DNA of 18,310 bases, taken from NCBI GenBank assembly GCA_048941015.1, contig JBHLNZ010000063.1:1-18310 (forward strand), read 5' to 3'. Position numbers and translations under genes: made by a program. The notes beneath the pieces were generated by a model that searched no databases, was not told the origin of the DNA, and was given only the letters and a program-made list of their open reading frames with translations. Origin of the DNA: Promethearchaeota archaeon. GTDB taxonomy: Archaea > Asgardarchaeota > Lokiarchaeia > Sigyniarchaeales > SOKP01. Positions 8,851-16,049 of the stretch are shown in pieces (the first letter of the stretch is position 1; each line of letters starts with the position of its first letter).

Positions 8851-8935
8851 CTTTGAAGAACCTAATATGTTGGATTTTTAATTTAATACAAATAAATTAA
8901 AAAAAATTTTAATTTCTGAAAATTTTTAATTATTT

Positions 8936-10120
8936 TTAAGGTATTGGTCCATTATATACTGTTATGTCAATCAAGTTAACATGTGAAATATAAACATCTC
9001 TTGGTCTTCCCGGAACAATTAAATAGAATGGTCCTCTATGATATCCACATATTCGTCTGTATGGCCAGACTGGATCCGTGACTCCTTGACCTGATTCTCC
9101 GAATTCTTGATCAGCATAAACTAAATTCATTATTAGATTTGTTTCTGGCAATGGGACTAATGTATCATTAATTAAATCATGATCGACCCAAGGAGGAGTA
9201 ATCCCGAGGTCAACGTCTGTGTTATTATAAGGATCTTCTTTTTTCCCTCCAAATGGACGAGGACTTGCCCAACCATCTTCGGACCAAACTCTTAAAGTGT
9301 AATTTTTTCCCACTGCTGATGTGTGTGAGATAATTTCACTGATATTTCTCCCCCAATATTGTCGATCAAAGTCCCACCAATCATCTCTTTCATAAGAGTA
9401 TCTGTCAGAATATTCTGAATCAGTCATATTTGTTGGATCAATTACAAATTCAAGCGTATTATTAACTCTAACCTCTACTTTCCAGCTATCTAATACATCA
9501 ATTTCTTCTAGATTGGTTAATGAATTTTGCATATTTTTACCAATGATTGAAAAATTACCCCAAATTTCTCCATAAGGCGAATCTGCTAGCCAAGTCTTAT
9601 TTGCTGCTAATGCTAGAACTATAGGTTCCTCATCACCCTCATACATTTTACTAATTATGTCCCCTGTGCTCATATGAATTACTTCTATTGAGCCTTCTGA
9701 AGATTGCTGTGAAGTAAATGTTAAGTTATATGCAAAATTTGTATCGTATTTTTCTAAAATATCTAGTATATCAACTCCTGTAATATAAAGCCCAGAAATA
9801 GGATCTAAGAAAGTATATGTATAAATTGTTTTTTTATACTCATTAACAAAAGATCCTGAAGGATCTTGATTCTCTTCAATAGCGAGCTGAACCCCTTCTA
9901 AAATATCACCTAAAGTGATAACTATTTGAGTTGTTCCATTATTTAGGATAAATGATGATGCATTTGGTGCTATACTCCAATCCTCAGGTAATCCCCATAA
10001 TAATGTAATTTGAGGTTGTTCTGGAGCTTTTGGTGAAGCAATTATAACAAAACCTAAACCGCCAGCTAGCCCTACAACTGCTATTACTAAAAGACCTAAA
10101 GCTATATCTTTATTTTCCAT
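8936..10120 (-). CDS. Membrane-anchored extracellular protein with two degenerate molybdopterin-binding (SO-fold) domains, about 394 aa
   Basis: The likely start is MENKDIALG at 10120, since the upstream 42 codons cover the promoter. Domain 1: ITGVDILDIL...IVLALAAN...GNFSIIG...LTNLEEIDV. Domain 2: YWGRNISEII...VWSEDGWAS...LVYA...GPFYLIVPGRPRDVYISHVNLIDI. N-terminal TM and many N-glycosylation sequons. Confidence 0.7.
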   Translation of the reverse strand: MENKDIALGLLVIAVVGLAGGLGFVIIASPKAPEQPQITLLWGLPEDWSIAPNASSFILNNGTTQIVITLGDILEGVQLAIEENQDPSGSFVNEYKKTIYTYTFLDPISGLYITGVDILDILEKYDTNFAYNLTFTSQQSSEGSIEVIHMSTGDIISKMYEGDEEPIVLALAANKTWLADSPYGEIWGNFSIIGKNMQNSLTNLEEIDVLDSWKVEVRVNNTLEFVIDPTNMTDSEYSDRYSYERDDWWDFDRQYWGRNISEIISHTSAVGKNYTLRVWSEDGWASPRPFGGKKEDPYNNTDVDLGITPPWVDHDLINDTLVPLPETNLIMNLVYADQEFGESGQGVTDPVWPYRRICGYHRGPFYLIVPGRPRDVYISHVNLIDITVYNGPIP

Positions 10121-10143
10121 TTTTAAGACTTTTAATAGATTTG

Positions 10144-10151
10144 TATTTAAA
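10144..10151 (-). promoter_or_regulatory. Archaeal TATA box candidate (leaderless transcript for the 10120 start)
   Basis: TTTAAATA lies 24-31 nt upstream of the ATG at 10120, and there is no SD before that ATG. Confidence 0.45.
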
Positions 10152-10155
10152 TTAT

Positions 10156-10179
10156 CGATATTACTATATGAACATATCG
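10156..10179. promoter_or_regulatory. Palindromic operator CGATAT-N12-ATATCG (ModE-box-like) upstream of the molybdopterin-fold/ECF operon
   Basis: Perfect 6-bp inverted repeat with a 12-nt spacer, the same geometry as the ModE consensus ATCGnTATATA-N6-TATATAnCGAT. It is flanked by minus-strand TATA candidates TTTAAATA (10144-10151) and TTTTTATA (10190-10197). Confidence 0.5.
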
Positions 10180-10292
10180 TGAAAAATGCTATAAAAAGTT
10201 TATTTCCAAATATTCTTTTATCAACAAAGAAGTATTTTTTCTTCAAGATTAGAATGAAAATAAAAAAGAGGGTAGTTCTTAAAATAATCTAA

Positions 10293-11030
10293 TCATGGCA
10301 TTGTAATTATGTTAGTATTTTCATCCAGATTTATTATTCCCTTTACTGCAAGTTGCTTTATTGTTCTTACTGCCATAATAGGAGGAACATCAAGTAATTT
10401 CTTAAGAACATCGAGTTTCACACTGCTCTCATCCATAATTGTGGCAAGTATAGCGACTTCAGGTATTTCTTCTTCGGAATTTTCAATCAAGAACGTTGTA
10501 AAGTAGTTATTTCTTTTCAGCTGAGTTAACTTTTGATTTAATTCTACCATTTTTTCTTCAGAATAAGTTGTTCTTAGATTTTTTTCACGAGTTTCATTCT
10601 CAATCTTTTTCTGATCTAGCTCAGTTTTCTCTTGTTCTTTTTTTGATATTTTTTCATTGATAGAATTTAATTTTGAAATTAAATCTTCTAATTCCAATTT
10701 TGGCGTTTTGAGATCGTTATCTAATCGTTCTAAATTATTTTTTAAATCTGAAATTTTAGATGTTAATTCATCTTTAGTTGATTTTACAATCTCTATTTTC
10801 TTATCATAATCATCAGATTTAATTTTCAATTCAGTTAATTCAGAATTTTGATTTTCAATATTAATTTCTAATCTTTTAACGTCGTCTTCTTCTGATTTGA
10901 TCATTTTCCAAGTATAACTAAGATTTTGAAGCATATTTTCGTTATTTTTTTGAATTGCCTGTAAATATCCGTCGAAAGAAGTTTCTAACTGTTCAATTAA
11001 ACTAAAAATTTCCTTCAAATTTAAGCTCAT
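10293..11030 (-). CDS. Coiled-coil protein with C-terminal winged-helix domain
   Basis: About 170 aa of K/E/L/N heptads, then PEVAILATIMDESSVKLDVLKKLLDVPPIMAVRTIKQLAVKGIINLDENTNIITM (HTH plus wing). Its ATG overlaps the upstream stop (TAATG). Confidence 0.8.
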   Translation of the reverse strand: MSLNLKEIFSLIEQLETSFDGYLQAIQKNNENMLQNLSYTWKMIKSEEDDVKRLEINIENQNSELTELKIKSDDYDKKIEIVKSTKDELTSKISDLKNNLERLDNDLKTPKLELEDLISKLNSINEKISKKEQEKTELDQKKIENETREKNLRTTYSEEKMVELNQKLTQLKRNNYFTTFLIENSEEEIPEVAILATIMDESSVKLDVLKKLLDVPPIMAVRTIKQLAVKGIINLDENTNIITMP

Positions 11031-11785
11031 TAAAAATCCAACTCCTCCTTTAATGTTATTGTATTTGAATTCTGGTCATAAATAATAGGAGCTTTTTCTT
11101 CTACCAATTTATCTATTATTTTTTTAGCTTGATCTACTCTCATATCAATAGCTAATAAAATATTTCTCAAATCTAAGGAACTTCCTACTTGTAAAGCTCT
11201 AAAGAATTGATAAATTGAAGAATTGATATATTTTTTGTTAATTAATATTTTCATTGCTTTTACTCTATTTTCATAAGACTGGACATATTTCTCCTTTTTA
11301 ATAAAAGTATTATCAAGTTCTTTTTCAAGAGCTTTTAGTTCTTCTTCAAACTTTTCAATTACTCTTGTTATATCGAGAATTTGAATTTCTAATTCTTTTA
11401 ATATAGTTGTTCGACTATTGAGTTCTTCTTTCTTAGTTTGGATTACTTTTCTTGTTTCTTCCAATTCTTGTTGTGTTTCTTGGATTTTATTTAACAGTTC
11501 CTGACGCTGTGAGTCGAGAAAATTATTATCTTCCTCAAATCTTTGAAGATCCCGCTGATTTTGCAAAATTTTGTTTTTGTAATTTTTTATTTTTTCATTA
11601 TTTAATGAGATTGTCTTCATTAAATTATTTTTCTCATTCTCATATTTTTCAATTACTTCTAAAATGTATTCTGGTTGCGTTCTTAATTTTGGGATAAACT
11701 CACTATTCAAACCGCTTATATCTACAATTACAGATGACATTTTCTTTAATGCTGTTTTTGCTTCTAATAAAGGTACTTCACTCAT
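11030..11785 (-). CDS. Coiled-coil protein with C-terminal winged-helix-like domain
   Basis: Long heptad region, then SIYQFFRALQVGSSLDLRNILLAIDMRVDQAKKIIDKLVEEKAPIIYDQNSNTITL. SD AAAGGAGA lies 7 nt upstream of the ATG. Confidence 0.8.
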   Translation of the reverse strand: MSEVPLLEAKTALKKMSSVIVDISGLNSEFIPKLRTQPEYILEVIEKYENEKNNLMKTISLNNEKIKNYKNKILQNQRDLQRFEEDNNFLDSQRQELLNKIQETQQELEETRKVIQTKKEELNSRTTILKELEIQILDITRVIEKFEEELKALEKELDNTFIKKEKYVQSYENRVKAMKILINKKYINSSIYQFFRALQVGSSLDLRNILLAIDMRVDQAKKIIDKLVEEKAPIIYDQNSNTITLKEELDF

Positions 11786-11933
11786 ATTATTGTCTCCTTT
11801 AAACGTGAAATTATAATTATAATAAAGTTATTATTATTAAATTTGCATTTTTAGCAATGCTGTAAAAATATAATTTCAATTATAAAAATACCTTTAGCAT
11901 TATAATAATGGAGTATTATTATAAACTAAGAGG

Positions 11934-12770
11934 TTAAATTTCTCGAGAAATTTGTTTAATGAAATAAGACTTTTCTAGATTTAAGTTGATATGTCTTCTT
12001 CTCATAACAATATTTAGATTTTCTATTAAATGTTCCGTGAAATATTTGAAGTCAAATTTAAATTTGGGATTTCTTTGATAATATTCCTTAAGAAAGTGAT
12101 TCAGTAAGTCAATTTTAACTTTAGGGTCATTTAATTCGAAAATTCCTGGATTAGTGTCAAGTAAAGAGCAACATATCCATGCAACATCATCTAAATGGTT
12201 CCCTTTATATGAATCTTCAAAATCAGTTGCGTAAATAATATCTTTCGAGTCATCATAAATGAAATCTCTTAAACGGGTATCACCTTTATTTAATACTATT
12301 GATTCAGAACTACCTGGTTTATATGCCAAATTGTTATGATGAAATTCTGTTAACCATACTGCTAATTTCTCAATGCTTTTAATAATCTTTGATTTAACTT
12401 CAGAATCTAAATCATCAAGGCTTTCTAAATTTTTCAATTTGTTATTAATAAAATCGCATAGATTAACTCCGTCTAGTTTTTCAAGAATCAAGTAAGGATT
12501 TTTAAAAAAAAGGATCTTAGGGACTGACATGTTCTGTTGTTGCAATTTCTTTAAAGTATTAAACTCATTTTCCGCATTAGGGCTTTTAAATGCCTTAATT
12601 ACTAATTCTTTTGGAAGTCTTTCAGTTTCTTTATTAAAGATTAATTCAGCGACAAGATTCTTTTTACTCGGTAAAAATTTTAGAATAAAATGATTGAATT
12701 TATCTACAAGTTCAGGAAAATCCTCACGAAGATCTATAATTATTTCTTTACGAAAATTTAACAGTTCCAT
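11934..12770 (-). CDS. Atypical protein-kinase-like fold protein (APH/RIO/Bud32-like phosphotransferase)
   Basis: LVIK (VAIK Lys), ENEFNTL (alphaC Glu), VPKIL, LILEKLDG, catalytic loop LNKGDTRLRDF, TDFED (DFG equivalent), DDVAW (alphaF Asp). Confidence 0.8.
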   Translation of the reverse strand: MELLNFRKEIIIDLREDFPELVDKFNHFILKFLPSKKNLVAELIFNKETERLPKELVIKAFKSPNAENEFNTLKKLQQQNMSVPKILFFKNPYLILEKLDGVNLCDFINNKLKNLESLDDLDSEVKSKIIKSIEKLAVWLTEFHHNNLAYKPGSSESIVLNKGDTRLRDFIYDDSKDIIYATDFEDSYKGNHLDDVAWICCSLLDTNPGIFELNDPKVKIDLLNHFLKEYYQRNPKFKFDFKYFTEHLIENLNIVMRRRHINLNLEKSYFIKQISREI

Positions 12771-12912
12771 AATCTCAATGTCTTCCTTATTATACTTAAG
12801 AGATTTATATCTAGAGAAGCTGCAATCCTTATGTTATAATTATTAATTATACAAGATAAACCTCTTTATTTATATATTTAAAATTTGTTTTGACTTTCAG
12901 AAGAAAAAGAAG

Positions 12913-12924
12913 TGAACATGTTCA
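12913..12924. promoter_or_regulatory. Perfect palindrome TGAACATGTTCA in the divergent kinase/DUF166 intergenic region; possible operator
   Basis: 12-bp perfect inverted repeat about 15 nt upstream of a TATA-like TTTTTATAAAAA (12939-12950). Confidence 0.35.
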
Positions 12925-12989
12925 TGAAAATTTTATTATTTTTATAAAAAATTAAAATCATAAATAAAAACATTAAATATTTTTAGTTC

Positions 12990-13883
12990 ATGATGAGCGA
13001 AAAACTCTATAAATTGGGTATGTTCTATGGACCAGGACCCGACACTGAGATGCTGGCACAAAAATTTGTTGGCAATCTTATTAATAATGAAGATTTTTGT
13101 AAAGCATGTGAAATTTTGGAACAAAATGTTAAGTGTGATAAATGCCGTGAATATGTAAAGAGTTTTTCTAATTCAATCTATTTTTATGAAAAAATTGGTG
13201 AGAATGTTCCCGAATTTATTGAAGAACCAGAAACTTATCTCCCAAAAAAGCTTCCTGCTATTGATTTTTTGATAGTTGTAGGAATTCATCAAGATCTACT
13301 GTCAGGTCTCCCCTATTATTTAAGAGAAAGTGATATAAAAGCAGTACTTATCCCAATTGAGGATCCTAAATGGGTACCTGCTGGACTACAAGTTCAAGTA
13401 TTAGAAGATTTTGAAAAATATGATATTCAAGCGGCTTTTCCTAAACCTTTTTGCTCTTTAAGTAAAGAGTTGAATCAATATAACAAAATTGGCTTTAATT
13501 TAACAAAAAAACATAACTATATTAATGAATTTATAGATTACTATAAAATTGGAGTTCCAATAGTCTCGTTCTTAGTTAGTAAAGATGGTAAATCAATCGA
13601 AGATACATGTGTAATTCAAAGTGCTCCTTGCGGCTCCACTTATTATATTATTCAACAATTAAAATCAAGGTATTTTAAGAATGGCAAAAGCGGAAACATT
13701 TCTTTAAATGAAAGAATAAGCAAAGCTCATCATGCTTACCCTTGTAATGCTTCAATGGATCAAGATTCTATTTTAAAAGACTCTATTTTACATGTTGGGG
13801 GATATTTGGTAAGAAATGCTATTCGACGGGAGCTGAATCTTGAAGAAGAAGAAGGTCAAAAACTTGTGTATGTTATAAAATAA
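12990..13883 (+). CDS. DUF166 family protein with an N-terminal four-Cys cluster
   Basis: PEFIEEPETYLP, GIHQDL, FPKPFCSL, SAPCGSTYY and HHAYPCNASMDQD...LHVGGY are DUF166 hallmarks. It also carries CKAC...CDKC. Confidence 0.82.
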   Translation: MMSEKLYKLGMFYGPGPDTEMLAQKFVGNLINNEDFCKACEILEQNVKCDKCREYVKSFSNSIYFYEKIGENVPEFIEEPETYLPKKLPAIDFLIVVGIHQDLLSGLPYYLRESDIKAVLIPIEDPKWVPAGLQVQVLEDFEKYDIQAAFPKPFCSLSKELNQYNKIGFNLTKKHNYINEFIDYYKIGVPIVSFLVSKDGKSIEDTCVIQSAPCGSTYYIIQQLKSRYFKNGKSGNISLNERISKAHHAYPCNASMDQDSILKDSILHVGGYLVRNAIRRELNLEEEEGQKLVYVIK

Positions 13884-13945
13884 TTCATTTCAAGTGAAAA
13901 TAAGTTGAAAATGTTAAACTATTATAATCCTAAATTGGATTTTTA

Positions 13946-15784
13946 TTAACCAATTTCACCAATTAACTCTTTATATTCTTTTGAACCTTTAATTTTATCT
14001 AATTTTTTATCTTCTTTTACCCTCTCAATATAATTTTTATCTTTGCTTATTACTTTCTTTAATAATTCTAAAGCTTTTATTTTATTATTTCTGAGCGACT
14101 CAAGACACGATATATTGTATAAGACTTCAATATTATTGGGATCCTTCTTAAATGCTTTAGTAAGAAAATTTTCTGCTTTTTCAAGATTATTTTGGTTAAG
14201 ATATACATAACCCAGGTTATTTTGGACATTAGCTACATTATAAGAATAAGTTTCATAATCCTGTTTTGCAAAAACTTTAAAGATCTTCAAAGCTTCAAGA
14301 TAAAGTTTTTCTGCTTCTTCAAATTTTTGTAGTCTAACGTATATATTTCCAAGAGAATTCTGGATAAAAGCAACATTATGAATGTATATTTCTGGATTTT
14401 GTTCTGCTAACTGTTTTGAAATTTCTAAAGCATCTTTAAACATAGGTTCTGCCTCTTCGAATCTATCTAAACTGGCATATAAATCTCCCAGATCTAGTAA
14501 AGTGAGAACTAATTCGGGTAAAATCTGTTCAGAATGATGTTCTGCTATTTCTTTTTTAATTTTTAGTGCTTTAAGATGCCTCTTTTCTGCCTCTTCATAT
14601 CTATTTAATTTACTATAGACTAGTCCAAGATTACTTTGAGTTTTGGCAATTTCAATTAAATAAAGATCATAATATATTTTTGATAACTTCTTATATATCT
14701 CTATAGAATCAATAGATCCATCTTTTATATCCTCTAATAAGTCTAAATCAATACCAACATTTCCAAATTCACTCGAAGTCGAGGGCTCTTCTGGTAGAAA
14801 AATATTGTAATATCTACTTAACAAATCATTGTAAGCTTTTAAATCATCAATATATGATTTATCTAACGACAATTCGTCTCTTGAATGAAATTCTGGTGAA
14901 TGAGCATTATAATATAGTTTTTTTAACTCTTTATATGACCTTAATGCATCACTGTAAATCTTTTCTGCCTCTTCAAACCGCTTTAAGTCAGTATATAAAG
15001 TACCAAGATTTTTCTGGGTTGAAGCGATGTATGGTAAATAAATTTTATAGTATTTTTGAGCTAAATTTTCATAAATCTCTAAAGCGCTAAGATAAATTTT
15101 TTCAGCATCTTTAGTATTTCCAAAAGCATAAAATAGGTTACCTACCACATTTAAAATAGGTGCTTTATATTCATCTTCAAGGATTAACAGCTCTTGGGCA
15201 ACATCAATTAATCTTTTATGCTCATATTCAAATTGTGGTATATTATTTGCAATTGCTAAAAATTCATTAACTAATTCAGCAGAAGGTTCTATCTTTACCT
15301 TATGAAACAGAAGTTCAATATGATCCTGAACAGTATTAAATCTTTTTAACTTTTTTTCATAGTATTGTATCGCTTTATTATGATCTCTTTCTTCTGCGAG
15401 AAATTTTAAATTATCTTGAATTTCCTGAAAATAAAATTTGTATTTAACGTGCTTATTTGACTTTTTCTTAATGATTCCGGCATTCGTTATAAATTGGAGA
15501 GATTTCTCTATATTTGGAAATTTACAGCAAGTTTCTATAGAATCACTATCAATATTAGTATCTATTTCCATATTAATTACTAATAAAGTTTTTAGTAGTT
15601 CCAAAGCATTTGGGTTTGATTGAAAAATATTTTTTATGATTTCCTTATAAAGTTGCTCAATTTGCGGTTTCTTTAGGTTTGGGTTAACAAATTTTAATTT
15701 TTCAATATCTATTTTCTTGTAATTCTTCTTAATTAATATTTCTAAATCAGGATGTCCTTTAGGGAATTTTGATATTAATTCCAC
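13946..15784 (-). CDS. Tetratricopeptide repeat protein (long kinesin-light-chain-type TPRs) with an N-terminal STAND-like helical/winged-helix region
   Basis: Repeats of the type IASTQKNLGTLYTDLKRFEEAEKIYSDAL at about 46-aa spacing, and a terminal YNISCLESL...EDKKLDKIK TPR end cap. GTG start, with a possible ATA start at 15805. Confidence 0.88.
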   Translation of the reverse strand: MELISKFPKGHPDLEILIKKNYKKIDIEKLKFVNPNLKKPQIEQLYKEIIKNIFQSNPNALELLKTLLVINMEIDTNIDSDSIETCCKFPNIEKSLQFITNAGIIKKKSNKHVKYKFYFQEIQDNLKFLAEERDHNKAIQYYEKKLKRFNTVQDHIELLFHKVKIEPSAELVNEFLAIANNIPQFEYEHKRLIDVAQELLILEDEYKAPILNVVGNLFYAFGNTKDAEKIYLSALEIYENLAQKYYKIYLPYIASTQKNLGTLYTDLKRFEEAEKIYSDALRSYKELKKLYYNAHSPEFHSRDELSLDKSYIDDLKAYNDLLSRYYNIFLPEEPSTSSEFGNVGIDLDLLEDIKDGSIDSIEIYKKLSKIYYDLYLIEIAKTQSNLGLVYSKLNRYEEAEKRHLKALKIKKEIAEHHSEQILPELVLTLLDLGDLYASLDRFEEAEPMFKDALEISKQLAEQNPEIYIHNVAFIQNSLGNIYVRLQKFEEAEKLYLEALKIFKVFAKQDYETYSYNVANVQNNLGYVYLNQNNLEKAENFLTKAFKKDPNNIEVLYNISCLESLRNNKIKALELLKKVISKDKNYIERVKEDKKLDKIKGSKEYKELIGEIG

Positions 15785-16049
15785 TATTTTATTTGGGTAT
15801 CGTATCTTGAATCACTTCATTTTCTACTAATTTTTAATGGTGAATTTTTATTTTAATATTTATATACTTAAAGATGCTTTTGAAAGCTGACGTTTACATT
15901 ATAAAATAAAAAATGTGATATCTTTTATAATATATAAAAAAAATAGTATATAGTCCTTTTAAGCTTTTAATTCAAAGTGTTTATTGTTATAAAACATTAA
16001 TAGCATCTTTTTTAGATTTAACTAGTTAATAGTAAATAGGTGATTAATT

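Noticed and set aside
10121-10246. 42-codon N-terminal extension of the 436-aa ORF
   Set aside because: It spans the TATA and operator region. MENKDIALG followed by the TM is a better start.
10309-11697. Short plus-strand ORFs 10309-10506 and 11452-11697
   Set aside because: Antisense shadows of the coiled-coil genes.
10293-11785. SMC/Rad50 or ESCRT-III assignment for the coiled-coil genes
   Set aside because: No Walker, signature, hinge or zinc-hook motifs, and no recognisable Snf7 pattern. Coiled-coil similarity alone is uninformative.
12942-13124. 60-aa minus-strand ORF
   Set aside because: Antisense to DUF166 and its promoter.
12990-13883. Thymidylate synthase label sometimes attached to DUF166 proteins
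   Set aside because: No ThyA or ThyX motifs are visible.
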